Shown piece by piece: positions 36,231-51,016 of a stretch of 64,000 nt of DNA. A program made the translations under genes and the position numbers. Position 1 is the stretch's first letter, and every line of letters begins with the position of its first letter. The DNA is from the human T2T-CHM13v2.0 reference genome, Homo sapiens. The notes below the pieces were generated by a model. That model saw nothing but the letters and a program-made list of their open reading frames with translations, was not told the origin of the DNA and made no database searches. The stretch lies in NCBI RefSeq assembly GCF_009914755.1, contig NC_060927.1. One strand, given 5' to 3'.

Positions 36231-36973
36231 GACGACTTCCTTCCCTGGCATTCTTTGAATTATTTAGAAATAAGCAACAAGATAGAAGAGTCAAGTCACC
36301 AAGAGATCAAAAAGTCAAAGGACTTTTCTGCTATCTCCCTTATTCTCCCTCAAGACATGGCTGCTTAATGACGGGCTAAGAGAAGAACTTCCTCTATGTA
36401 TTCAAGTAAGTGCTGAGGAATCAGATCAGACAGCTTGCAATCCATCCTCATTATTCCCATGAGTGGTACCTTCATATTGCTTGCAATAGCCCTAAGTATG
36501 TTTCCTATGCAGCCTTGAGGTGAGACAGAGTTTCACTCCACATGCCCATGATCCACAACCCGGGGTCATGCTGTGAATCAGTGCTCTGCTCTGCTCTCAC
36601 TCAGCCTCATCTATGAGGATACCCTTATGGGGCTCTCAGAACAACAGGAAGACCAGAAAAGGCATGTACCCCAAGGGGTGGTGTAGAAGCTCTTGTGCTG
36701 AGGCTCAGTTGCTGAACTGAACCCTCTGGAGAGGCAAGAGCAGAGCCAGTGGGACCGTGGAGCCCCCTGACTCATAGCTAAGTGCATAAGCACAGGTTGA
36801 GGGTCGCATGACTCACCATGTTCAACAGAAAATGAGGTTTTAGACAACTCAAGACCCATGGGGTGATATGACTCCCAATAAGCTCAGTCAATCTGGAGAG
36901 TCATTTTGATGATGTTTGGAATACTGGGGCCAGCTCTGTGTCCCCACCAAGGCACTTCAACACCAGGAGATAG

Positions 36974-37454
<481 letters not shown>

Positions 37455-37519
37455 AGGAAAATCTTTTAAACCAAGCAGTATAGCAGCGACGTAGGCTACT
37501 TCTCGGAGGCTGACAGAAT

Positions 37520-37700
37520 AGTGGACAAGAGTCTTGCGTTAGGAGGCAGCAACCATGGACAAGTCCCAGCCCTACTGTATAACAGTCACATGACCTTTGT
37601 AAGTTACCGAGTCTTTCTGTTCTCATTTGTAAAGGGAAGGAAATAATAGTACCCACCTCTGAGGGTATTTGTGAGGGTTAATATTGCTGTACTATGGCAC
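37520..37700 (+). mobile_element. MIR
   Basis: tctgttctcatttgtaaagggaaggaaataatagtacccacctctgagggt. Confidence 0.7.
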
Positions 37701-37959
37701 TGACCAATTGCCATAGAAGTGTGGAGAAAAAACATTTTCCAACTGGAAGCGGTCCTAGAAAGGCTCAATATAGCTTCATTGAATAGTGCCTGATATATAC
37801 ATATACTGATCATCAAAGTGCTAGATATTAAGGAGGATTATGCTTGTGAAGTGATCAGCACCTCATTGCTGGAAAAGGTTAAACCATGGCTGCAAGACAA
37901 ATGTCAGGGATGTTAGAGGCCATTCCCACACTGAGTGGGAGATGGGACCACACCATGGC

Positions 37960-38130
37960 TCAGAGAACAAAGCAAGAGCTTTGGTGGTAGACAGCTCTGG
38001 TCACATCGTGCAGCTACCACTGGCACACTGGGCAAACCACAAGATCTCTAGGTCTCAGTTTTCATATCCATAAATAAGGCTGATATGTCTCACTCCACAG
38101 CACAGCCACAAGGATGAAATAATTATGTAT
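37960..38130 (+). mobile_element. MIR
   Basis: tgggcaaaccacaagatctctaggtctcagttttcatatccataaa. Confidence 0.6.
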
Positions 38131-38748
38131 ACAGATGTGTTATATTATTTGCACTTGTTTTGTATTTTTAAAACCCCCAAATACAATAATAAAAGGCAAT
38201 TATAGAATGATCACCTATGTTTGGTCCCTGGCACCTAAAGGGGTAGCATGTGTATGATGATCATTCTCTGCCCTTCGCCCTGAATGCCCTGCAGTTCCCC
38301 GGACACCGGAGCTGGTCCTAGGCTGCCTTCTGGCGGGACTTTTTGTCCTTTCACAGTGGCTGCCCTCTCCTTCCAGGCCGCTTTGTGTGACTCACCGTTC
38401 TTTGCAATTAACTGTGATGTTCTGCTGGAGGCTTCCATTAGAAACGACGAGAACAGCTACTTTGGCCTAAACAGAGTGTGGTGGGCTTGATTGTTTCACC
38501 TCACGATTTATTGCTAAAGAGACAGAAGATGGGCCCCTGGGCAGGTCATGGCTGGCCTGAGTCCTTCCCGCTGCACAAGTTTGTCCTGTGATCTGGGTCC
38601 CCATGGCATATTCAGTCCTGAGGGCCAGGCCTGCACACTCACACAGGCTCAGTGGCACCTGGCTAGACAGCAGGAGCCAGGAAGCGAGGCTGGTTCGAGG
38701 AGGTTGGCAAGGAGAGAAATATGGTTTCTTCTCTGGGAGTTTGAATCC

Positions 38749-38975
38749 CATTTAATTCAGGAAGCTTTAATTGAACACCTACTCTGTGCCAGGCACACTG
38801 GGGGATCAGATGTGAATTAAAGCAATCCTCACTCCCTAGAAACTTAGAATTTAACAGAGATGAAGGCAAATCTATGACCAGTCCTGAGCCTCTAGTATGG
38901 CACTGAGCAATTATCATAGAAATATAGAGAAGGATGAGATTTTGCAACCAGAGGGGGCCCTAGAAAGGCTTCACA
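38749..38975 (-). mobile_element. L2 3' end
   Basis: catttaattca..ttgaacacctactctgtgccaggcac. Confidence 0.65.
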
Positions 38976-39180
38976 CAGCTGCCATTTGTTGAGTACCTAC
39001 TATGTGTAGGATACTCCCCTTGTTTAATCTATACAACTCTGTGAGGAATGGGATTATTGTCACCCCTATGTTGCAAATGAAGAAACTGAGGTTCTGAAAG
39101 GTTAAATAACTTGCTCAGAAGTCACATAGCCAGTAAGAGGTACAACCAGGACAAGATTCTGAGTCTGAAACATGTGCTTT
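38976..39180 (-). mobile_element. MIR
   Basis: gcaaatgaagaaactgaggttctgaaaggttaaataacttgctcagaagtcacatagc. Confidence 0.8.
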
Positions 39181-40734
39181 TTCAAGAAGGCCAGGCTACC
39201 TACTTCTTAGAGGAGGCTGAATTTGTCCTGGGCCTGAAATAAGGCTGATATTTTGTCACACAGCTCTGAGTGGGGAGGGCCTTCCTTCTGCTTCTGCTTC
39301 TAGGCAGGTACAAACCGCCTGTTCTGAGACACAGCTAATGTCCTTTCATCTTCTTCCCACAGGGGACCAATAAAGCCTGAGAGTAGGCTTGGGAGGGGCC
39401 ACATTCCTCCCAGGAGGGGCTAGTTCCTCTCTCCAGCCTCTGTCTGTGATTCAGCCCTAAATACATAACCTAAATACGTAACTGTCAATTCAAATAATAC
39501 CTGCCCACTGGAACCAACAACCTGGATTCATTTCACACCTGCTGGGAGCCATTAGTGGCACAAACACATTCTTTACATCACCCAAGGCAAGTTTGTTCGC
39601 AGTCATAGCAGTTTAGACTACAGCGCTGGAAGGCAATGGAGTGCTTAGAGACAACCAGGTTCGAGTACCTCTTCTCACAGATCCACACTGAGGTACAGAG
39701 AAGGGAAGGGGCTGGCCTGAAGGCTTCGAGGAGAGACATAAGAAAGGACACCATCTTCTCCGTGCTCCACACCTGTTGGGAGGAGCAGGATGAAGATTCA
39801 CTGAGCACTATTTCTGAGTCTGCAGGTATTTGCCCTTAGTGTTGTGCTATCTCATTCATCCTCATCATAGCTCTGATTCGAGGTCCCTGCACCCCCTTTC
39901 CAGATGGGAAGCCTGATAAGCTGAGGGGTCCTGGGAGGTGTCCCAGGTCACATGAGAAGAAGCACAGCCAAGGTGGGAGCACACACCTGCTGGCTCCAAA
40001 ATCCCACCATGGAATGAAAGGAGGCAGTTGTTCCCCTCTCTCTTTGAACTTGCAAAATGGGGTTGGGTTGAGTTTGGACCCAGGGGGTCTATGACACAGT
40101 TTCTCCAGCTCGGAGGGGCCCAGCCCTGGCCTTTCCCATGGTGTGTCTTCTGAGCTGCGTGAAATAATGTCCAGCCCTGGGCAGGCATGAAGTGACATGC
40201 AGAGGCTGTGGAAAGTGTACCTACATTTCGTGCTTTGTTCCTAAATGACTCATGCAGCCCACAGAACAAAATTAATGTCTTGTCCAGCACCAGCAAATTG
40301 CATTTCTTTCTTTGAAAAATCAGTCAGGCTGCAAAGGGCCCTGGTTTATTCTGGGGACATGGAGCCATCCTGTGGCTGCTTCCACTGGACAGGCTGGAAA
40401 CAGCAATCAGGCCCCTCGGAAGGGCCCCTTCCAGAGGTGGTCTAAGCCTTGTGCTCTGCTCCGGCCAGACCCTCTGCTCCTGCCAGTGACAGGTTGTTAC
40501 ACCCTTGTCTCCTCTGAACCGATGTTCCACATATGATCAAGTGCTTTCCAAGCCCCCGTACCACTCCCCTCACACGGCCCCTCTCCCCTGCAGGTGGCAG
40601 ACTTACTCATTCTCATGCTTCAGCTCCAGGGGTTCCCCTGTATGAGTCTTCTCTGCCCGCTCCCACACCCCAGGTAGCATTGCCCCTGCTTGCTTTGTGC
40701 CCTCACTGTCTCCACATATATACACATCTCTTAC

Positions 40735-41105
40735 AATAATATTAAATACCAGCCAACATTTATATAGTACTTCTTATGTACCAAGTACTGTTGTCTATCT
40801 ATCTATCATCTATCTATCTATCTATGTACACACACACTCATATTATCTTCACAATGCTATGAAATAGGTATTATTGCTGTCCATTTTACAGATGGGGAAA
40901 CCAATCTATAATTGGTTTAGTGAGATTTACTGAGCATATCTACAGGTATTTGTCCTTGGTTATAGGAAACCAATCTGTCACTGGTTTCCCCTTCTGTAAA
41001 ATAAGTTAAATAATTTGCTTAAGCTCACTCAGATAGTGTGTGGTTGAGTCATAATCTGAGCTACTCTCTGGCCCAAACTGCTTATTGTAACCACCACATC
41101 ATATG
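40735..41105 (-). mobile_element. MIR containing (TATC)n and an internal rearrangement
   Basis: ccattttacagatggggaaac..[insert]..gttaaataatttgcttaagctcac. Confidence 0.75.
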
Positions 41106-41559
41106 GCCACTTCAGCACCAGTCACACCTCATTTTACTTGTTGATGTCTCAGTTTCCCCCTCTATTCTGCGGGCTACTTGAGAAGACTTCTGTCTTCTTC
41201 CTCTAGGTATCTCTGTGCTTGACTCAGTATCGAGACCATAGGTGTGTGGGTGGGGTTAATCCACACTTGCTGAACACATGTGTCCGTGCCCAATGTCCCT
41301 GTGCATAGTGGCTACTTCCCATGGTTCACACGCATCTTCATGGCTCTTGTTTCTTCCATTCACCCATCCCATGTCCCTGGCCCTGTTCTCAGTGCTGAGG
41401 ATGGAACCTCATTGCTGCTGCTTCCAGCCCTGGCCCTGCCCCTGTTTGGGGCTCAGTGCTTCATCCCGTGGAGCTCAAGGGGTGCTGTGGGTACTGACAA
41501 ACTTGTACCCCATTCCTAGTTCAAATTTTTCTTTGCCTTTCAAAGGCACTTGGTGTGTG

Positions 41560-42112
41560 TTCATACATTCAACTAATAATGTTTGGATATCCACCACACA
41601 TCAGGCACTGTTCTAGGTGCTGAAAACACAGTGCGGGGACAAGAACAAGGTCCCACCATCGTGGTGTCACATTCTGCTTGGGGAGACAGACAGTAAGCCA
41701 TCAGCTGCTGAGTAGTAATACAGTGCCACGTGGTGGTCAGCACCGTGAAGAAGAAAGCCAGATAATGGCAGAGAGTAAGGGGGTGGTCAGGGAGGGTTGT
41801 CTCTGAGGATGTGATATTTCAGCAGAGACCAGATGAAGAGAGGGAGAGAGGGAGGCTGATATCTGGGGGAAGAGTGTTCCCTGGCAGAGGGAACAGCAAG
41901 AGCCAAGGCTCTACAGTGGCTCATATGGGGAGAGATTGAGAAAGCGTGAAGCCCACTAATGCAGGCGCAGAGTGAGACAGGACAATACAGTAGCAGAGCC
42001 TGGAAGTCCTCAGGGGGCATGGAGAGCCTTTGCAATTTTATTCCCAATGTGTTAGAAACATCTCAGAGGGGCTTGTGCAAGGGGCCGGCACAATCTGTGC
42101 CATGTTTTAAAA
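41560..42112 (-). mobile_element. L2 (L2a-like) 3' region
   Basis: caggcactgttctaggtgctg..ggggagacagacagtaa..gtggtcagggagg..tctggggga..agagggaacagcaag. Confidence 0.8.
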
Positions 42113-43274
42113 ACTTGAAAGCATGAGTTTATGTATGTGCTGTCCCCCTCAGTTACGAGATCAATAGTGGCGTTTTTAGTGATGTTTTCTTAGGAGTTCT
42201 TTCTGTTGCCACTGCTATTTCTCAACACCCCCCTCTCTCCAAAGCCCACATTGTTTCTCTCATGGACTCAACTGGCTTCAACTAGAACTTACAGTCTAAT
42301 AAGAGACACAACCAAGTAAACATTGGACTGCTGGTGATATGAACTGTGATAGGGCGGCTTTGGGGACTGTGGAAGCACAGAAAAGGAGCTGCTCAGACAC
42401 AGAAAGCCAGGGATGGCTTCTGGAGGCCAGGGCATCTGACATGAGTCCTGAAGGGTGAGGTCAGCCGCATGAGAATGCTCTAGGCAGGGGAAACCACGCA
42501 TGTGAACTGAGAAACCGTGACGCTGCTGTCACAGTGGCCTTGCCTGGGTCCTTAGTTCCCTCACCCCCATATCCTTCAGTCCCCACCTAGGCAACTCCAG
42601 TGCTAGCCAGGCTGGGTAAATCCTCTTCCACTGCTGAACACTGCTGTAGAAATTTGCCATCCCTGGTTCCAACACAAACTCACACTCTAATCCCAGCTGG
42701 ATCTTTGGCCATTCGGTACTCCTTCTTTCCATGATAATTAACTGCCTGCCACATTCCCAGCAGCACGTATTCCAGGCTTCTATTTTCTTCCCACCTACCC
42801 CACTCACTGAGGGTGACCTGACCTCCTATTATGATGTGCCTCCCACTCCTCCTCCCACTGTGATCTCCACCTCAAAGAATGTTTGTCTTCAACCCCATCT
42901 CCTTCAAACGATCTCAGAAAGAGATACGATTATTCTTTTTGAGATTAACCCCTTGGAAAAAAAATTGAGCATTTATTTTGCCTTGCCTGGATTGTATTGC
43001 AGGGTAAGCAAAAAGCCCAGGTTGATAAGGGAAAGTTCTTTTTCATAAAAGCTTAAAAATTTGAATAGAGTGCAGAAGTAGAAAGTCATCTTTTTGCAAT
43101 CCCATTTGGTTTAGGCAAAAATCATAAGCAGATGAAACAATCAGACGGTTTATTAATGGGGGACTTTCCATGGAGAGATAAAGCTGCCACAAGCTGATCC
43201 TGCTGCTCAGTTTTATCACGATCGCTAACAATGGCATCAACAATGCTATGGGTTTGCCGATGAGATGAAATATA

Positions 43275-43450
43275 CAATGGGTGGCACTTTGCCTGCACAT
43301 TGGAATTGTCTGGGGAGCTTTAACTACTGATGTCTGGGATCCATTTCCACTGATTATGATTTTAAATGCCTGGGATGTAGCCTGGGCATAGAGATGGTTA
43401 AAAACTGCCTCCAGCTGATTCCAATGAGATGCCAAGGTTGAGACCACTGC
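43275..43450. mobile_element. MER5-family MITE
   Basis: ctgcacattggaattgtctggggagcttt..ccagctgattccaat..gccaaggttgagaccactg. Confidence 0.7.
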
Positions 43451-43539
43451 CAAATGAAGTACAAGGCTTCAGTGTGAACTGTGCTAGCTCCCGCAAGAGT
43501 TGAGTCTCATCAAGCCTTTCAAGTTCATCTGTAGCTGAA

Positions 43540-44042
43540 AATATTTTGGGGCATAGGGAAACAAGTTAAGGGACAATGTGAGGAAGACAAATCCAGAGTG
43601 TAGCTCGTTCTGTCCAGCAATGGACTCACTGTATTTTTTCAATAATCCAATACCTTTAAAAAGGGGAGGAGGGACAGTTACAAATTAAGAGATTCAAAGA
43701 TATAAGAACCAAATGCAGGATTTTGGATCTCGAATGGAACCAATCATTTTTATACAACTGGGGAACCTTGATTATGAACTGGATATTAGATGCTACCAAA
43801 GAGTTAATGCTAATTTATTAGGTATGTAATGACATAGTGTTTATGTAAGAAGTGTTTTTTAAATCCATGGTTTTTTAGGTGTAAAGGGGCAGAATAATAG
43901 GGGGGCTAGGATTTACTTTAAAACATTTCAACAACAACAAAATGAAGCAAGTGTGACAAAATTTTAGGAATTACTAAATCTGAATGATGAGCATATGCGT
44001 GTTCATTATTTGAGTTTTTCATTTTTATAATAAAATAAAACA
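43540..44042 (+). mobile_element. Old L1 3' UTR (L1MC/L1ME-like)
   Basis: caactggggaaccttgattatgaactggatattagatg..aaatctgaatgatgagcatatg..ataataaaataaaa. Confidence 0.65.
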
Positions 44043-44129
44043 AGTGAAGCCCTCTGCATTTCTAGTGTGAGATATCATTAGTACTAGTATTATTACATCT
44101 GTTCCCTCACTTCATGATTGCCGCCGTAA

Positions 44130-44350
44130 TCAGCAGCAGCAATAGCACCAGTCAGGTGTGATTGGGACTGTGCTGGTGCTGTAATTCCCCTGCAATCCAG
44201 TAGGGTGGATGTTGTTATCCTTGCTGTACAGATGAGAAAACTGAAGTTCAGAGGGATTAGGTCACTTGTTCAACATTGCCTGGCTAGTAAGGGGCAATCA
44301 GGATTAGAAGGCAGATGTAAGAGCCTCTGATCTTCATCACTATGCTCTGC
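44130..44350 (-). mobile_element. MIR
   Basis: tacagatgagaaaactgaagttcagagggattaggtcacttgttcaa. Confidence 0.75.
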
Positions 44351-44820
44351 TATTGTCTTCCCTCTTTCTCCTTGGCTCATCTCCTGTCTCTCCCTCTCCA
44401 CCATCTCCTTCCTCTAGGCTCCTTCCTCCTGCAAGAACATTCCCTTCCACCCACCCCTTCTGTGGCACAGTCATTTCTTTCTTCTCTTCCCTCCCCCACA
44501 CTGCTGGGAACAGTCATCTACACTTACCTGCCTTCTCATCCTCACACCCATTCATTTCTTAGTTTCCCATACTCTGACTTCTACTACCCCAAGTTCATAA
44601 AGACCTCATGAACACAACCTGGAGAACGCCCTCAGCCTCATCTCACCTCCCTGCAACACATGGCTCACTTGTCTGCTTCTTCCTTCTTAGAGTCCTCTCT
44701 CTGGTTGACCTGTCAAAGATGGGATTCTCCTGTTAACGACCCTGACTCCTTTGTCTCCTTCTACAAAGATAATGCACTGACTTTCCAAATGTACTAACTA
44801 GTATGATCATCACTGTCTAC

Positions 44821-45346
44821 TGTTGCATCGAACCACTACTAACCTCAATAGGGAAGGCACCAGGTTCAAGAGGCCAAAGAAGAGACCCAGAGCCAGCAAA
44901 TGAGACATGGGGTTTTATGAGGGGCTCACATAGAGGGGAGAGAGTCCAGTGGCAGTGGGCTGGGCAGGAGAACCACCTTACACGTGGTCCAGTGGTGGGA
45001 GGCTGGAAAAGAGATCTGTCTTGCCTACAGTTCAGTGGTGGCGGGTTGGGCAGGAAAACCACAACTGCCTGCAAACATCATGCAGTTTACATAACATTGT
45101 CACTTAGCAGCCTCCCCTAACGACCTCCACCTGGCAATCTTCATTTAACCCAAAACTCAAGGCCTCAATCCCCTGTATGGACCATGTTTCATGGGACAGG
45201 CCAGGGGCTCAGAAGTTTATCATAGATAAGGAATGAATCTCCGGGTTGGCCACTCCTGGATTCCCTAGCTTGGAACACACATTCAAGTGTATCTGCCATT
45301 CTGAGTGTATTCTTCAATTATTGCTGTCAGGTGTGTTGACCCTCTA
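44821..45346 (-). mobile_element. LTR32-like ERVL solo LTR, full length
   Basis: tgttg..aacctcaatagggaaggcaccaggttcaagaggcc; three internal cagtgg..gg(c/t)tgg repeats; perfect 5-bp TSD tctac. Confidence 0.85.
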
Positions 45347-45354
45347 TCTACATA

Positions 45355-45502
45355 AGTATTTCTCAAACCAGGGCCCTACGATCAGCATCAGCATCACCTG
45401 GGGTATATGTGAAAAATGCAGCTCCTGGACCCACTCCTAACCTTTTGAATCAGACTCTCAAAGTTAGGTATGCATTTTTAATAAATTCTCCAGGAGATTC
45501 TT
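45355..45502. mobile_element. MER5A fragment
   Basis: agtatttctcaaa..cagcatcagcatcacctggg..aaatgcag..gaatcagactct. Confidence 0.75.
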
Positions 45503-46081
45503 CTGTTCCTAGAGTAACAGTGCTTTCCCGGTAGCCCAGCCTTTCCAAGGCCTCCACCTGCCACTGGCAGGCTGATGACTCTGAATGCTGCAGATTCATT
45601 ACAGTCTTCAGGCTTCTCTCTTGAAACCCAGTCTCCTGTTCTACTCCGTCCTCCTCATTCCCCACATATGATCCATTGCTCCACCCTGTTAACTTTGTTT
45701 CTGGGCCATTCCTTGTATCCACCATCTCTCATTGTCCCATTGGGCCCCACTGCCCTGCCCTTGGTGAAATTCTCACCCTCCCTCACCTGGTCTGTTGTCT
45801 TAGTTTTCTGAGAGGTCCCTTTGTCCCCAGACTCCCCCATCTACCAACTGTCCTCCATATCCCTGCAAGCATGTGCTACAGCGCTTGTCTAATTATATGG
45901 ATTTCCCAACCCTGCAACATGCAGTGGTCCCCTACGGCCTGTTGAGGAAAATCCACATTCCTCCATGGCCCCACCCCCACCTACCTGCACAATCTTATCT
46001 TCCCTTTAGATTTAAAATGATCAAGACTAATACTGCTTTTTATTCTCCACACACATCAGTGCTTTGCTCATGAGGTCTCTC

Positions 46082-46998
<917 letters not shown>

Positions 46999-47995
46999 GC
47001 TTCCTTCTAAGGACAGGTCAAATACTCCCTCCACAGTGAAGGGATCCCCGAGCCCTTGGGTGGAATGAATTGCTGTCTTCCCTGTAGCCTTCACAGCTCT
47101 TGATGCCTGGCAGAGACTCACTGGGCTGACTCACAACAGTTGGGAAGGGCGAGGATTTTTGTCTTGCTCATCTATGTAGCTCTGGTGCCAATCACGGTTT
47201 GTGGCACGGAGTAGATGCTCAGACAATGTGTACTAAATTTAATTGATTTTCTTTCCTTTCTCTAGTCTCTCAAGGCAGATAGGCAGCCACAAGACCCAAC
47301 AGAGATAATCAAGGAAACCTCAGAGTGCCTAGAATTGACTAGTGAGGCTGAATGTGCCAAATCAGTGCTGGAAAAGCTTTCCATAAGAGAGGAAAGAAAA
47401 ACCTTTGAGCCAATGTTAAAAAAGCTGAACCAAAGAGGGATGGAGGAGGTTGGAAGTGACCATCACTCTTTGCTCATCAATAGCAGTTCAGTGTTTGTGG
47501 ACCTGGTGCCTCCTGGCGAGGAGCATACTTCCCAACTCCCTGGACAGCTCCCATAGGTCCTGGGCTGGAGGATTCTAGTCCATCAGGGTGGCCCAGAGAT
47601 ATCCGCCACAGGCTGCCTTAGATGGATGCTACAAACACTTAGTTTACCAGATAGTGCCAGCCCAAGTCTTTTAATTATTGCTGAGTCTCAGCATCAGAAA
47701 GCCACCACAAGTGCCTCTTGTGGACCAGAAATAAATCTTCCATGTCATTATCCCCTCTTTTAAAGCACTCTCCAGGTCTCGCTCTAATCACCTCCATTCC
47801 CTTCTCATTAAACAACCCTCCCATCATTCTCATATTCTGCCAAATAATTTTAAGTGTGTTTTATGCAACTGCAGCTGTCACACTATACAGATGACAAAAG
47901 TCTCTACTTTGTTATAGGAGAAGAGTCTAATCAATGTGCCTTTATCCTAAGTGTGACTGTGGTGAGGCTCTTTCTAAGGAGTTGGCCTGTGAGAC

Positions 47996-48172
47996 AAGTC
48001 GTTCTCCATCCTGGATGCATAATAGGATCCTGCAAAGCTTTGAAAATAAAACCTATGTCTGTTCTTAGCCCACATGATTAAATCAGAATCCCTGGGCACA
48101 GGGTCTAGACATCAATAGCTTTTCAAAAGCTCCCCAGGTGATTCCCATGTGCACCAGAGCTGAGAACCATTG
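47996..48172. mobile_element. MER5-family MITE
   Basis: attaaatcagaatccctggg..aaagctccccaggtgattcccatgtgcaccagagctgagaaccattg. Confidence 0.78.
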
Positions 48173-49478
48173 TTCCGCAGAACATGAACGTTAGTGATGT
48201 CTGTGGTTCCAGGCAAACCCAAACAGTTTCCTGCCCTGTCCCGTTTCTTATCCATTTTTCTTACAAAAAGCTACAAATTAGCTTTTTGTAAAACATGCCT
48301 GGCCTTCCAGGACGGGAGGGACACGAGACAGACATGAAGCTGTTGCCAGCCAAGTCTTAACTAAATTCAGGTTCAGTCATATTACACGGGTTCAGTTCTG
48401 TTTCTTTAAACATTGCAACAATGGGATATAGTGTTTTGTGACAACTCTGAAAACCATAGCATGAAAAAATATCAAACTATTAAATGAAATAGCAGAATTT
48501 CCTCTCCTCTGTGATTGCAGCTGCATAAAAATATACATTTAAAAAGCCTAAAAATGAAAGCACAAAATGATCCTAATTTGGGTATTGGATGATTTTTTTT
48601 CTTCTTTCAAAACGTCTTTTGTGTTGATCGTTATACTTTTAAAACAAACAAACAAACAAAAAAACAAAAAAAGCAAATTAATGTCTGAATACTTGAATTT
48701 ATACAGAGAATGACTTTCACACAGACCAAGAGGAAAACAGGTTACTGTGCAACCTATACAAACGCTTTCCCCTCTCTGGGCCTCAGTTTCCTGGCCTGCA
48801 GTTTGCACCAGAAGAGCTGCAAGGCCTCTTGCAGCCCCACACTCTGATTCCTGGCTCACATGACACCACTTTTATGAGACTAGTTATGCAAATGTTATCC
48901 AGTACGTTTCTCTTGGTGAGGAGTCAGGGCCAAGCAAGCTCTGAGACAAGCTGTCTCACCTCCTCATCTCCTGAGCACAACTCACCCACAGCTCTGCCCT
49001 CGCCTCCACCTACATCATGCCTTCCTGCATGCCAACTTCCCTCTGAGGTTCCCTTCACCCACTTACAACCACAGCCTCCTTCCGGACCTCCCCTACACGA
49101 TGAACAGTCTGCCAGTTAATATACATCAAGCTGCCACCATGAAACAGCTCGGAAAGCCCCATTTGTTCTCAATAGCATTCCAGCTAGAAAGACCATCCAC
49201 CACCCATGGCCACTGAAGAAGGTCCTCCCCTGAGTGCCAGGCAGTGGGGCTCCTAACTCTGGGCCCCAATTAGCTTAGCTTGGGGGAGCAAAGGACAGGA
49301 GCACTGTTCACCCAGTTGGACTAACAGCTCCACACTGTGCCTAATAGGAACCTCCTTCTCACAGGTGGCACCTTTGTGAATCAGGGTCTGTCCTGAGCCA
49401 CCCTCCCTTGGAGAGATCTGAGCACTGAGAACCACAGAGCCTGGGACACCAGCACAGGGTTTGAAAAACTCCACTCCC

Positions 49479-50015
<537 letters not shown>

Positions 50016-50019
50016 TGAA

Positions 50020-50235
50020 TTCAACCTGCTTGGATTTGAAGTCTGGCTCTGTCACTTACAAAGTGTGTGATTTTGAATGAATTATTAATCTCTCTGAACA
50101 TTAGCTTGCTCTTCTATTAAATGAAGGTATTTATTTCTATTTATCAGGATGGAAGTGTAAGGATTAAATGACATAATCCATGTGAAATGCTTGGTACAAT
50201 GTTTGGCACAGAATGTGAGTCCAATAAATGCAAAC
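50020..50235 (+). mobile_element. MIR
   Basis: ggatttgaagtctggctctgtcacttac..aggattaaatgacataatccatgtgaaatgctt. Confidence 0.8.
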
Positions 50236-50947
50236 TATGGTTTTAGCCAGATGCATATCCCTCTTCCAGGCACTCAGAAATGACTTTCTGTAAGTGTTGA
50301 CTTCATCTGGATGTGCCCCTTCACATGGGCTTCTGGCGTGCTGGGCTCCAGCTGTCACCATTTGTCTTCAAAAGTCCAGGCTTGAAGAAAGGAAATGACC
50401 AAACGCATGCACCAAATGCATCTCATTTTAAAGCCCACCAGCCCCGTGGACTTCGACTTCCAGATATATTACCTCCTTTTGTATTATTAGAAACTTGGTT
50501 GCCCCACACCAGTGGGGTGAGGTGGAATGCGGAGAGCAGACAGAATATTTATAAGAGATGAAATGAGATCACCTACCTAGAGACACACCCCAGAGGAAAG
50601 TAGGATAGTTCTAGAGCTTTGTGGATCAAACAGGCACTCTTTAATCCCTTCTGACACCTCCTTCTCCCCATGCTACCCAGTCCCTTGCTCCAGTCAGACA
50701 GAGACGGGAAACATTTTTTGCACAGCCAAAACAAAGCCACTCGGGATGTAAATAAAATAGTCTGAACACCCAGTTGATCCCTCTGCCTTTGAGACCGGAA
50801 TCATCTGGAGGGTGGATAAACACTTTCCCTGCTCCAGCACTCGGAGAAATAAGGGAGCAATAGATTGCAGCAATGGCTGCTGGGAGTGTTCCGAACTCTG
50901 TGAACAATATGGAGACTGCTCAGTAGATTATGGAGGGGTAAGAGCTG

Positions 50948-50949
<2 letters not shown>

Positions 50950-50983
<34 letters not shown>

Positions 50984-51016
50984 CTGTGTGTGTGTGAGAG
51001 AGTGTTTGTGTGTGTG
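50950..51016. repeat. Interrupted (TG)n microsatellite
   Basis: Seen directly in the sequence. Confidence 0.93.

Noticed and set aside
44945-45060. Three spaced ~24-bp repeats resembling a repeat-spacer array
   Set aside because: Internal repeats of the LTR32-like LTR; no cas genes, and the context is eukaryotic.
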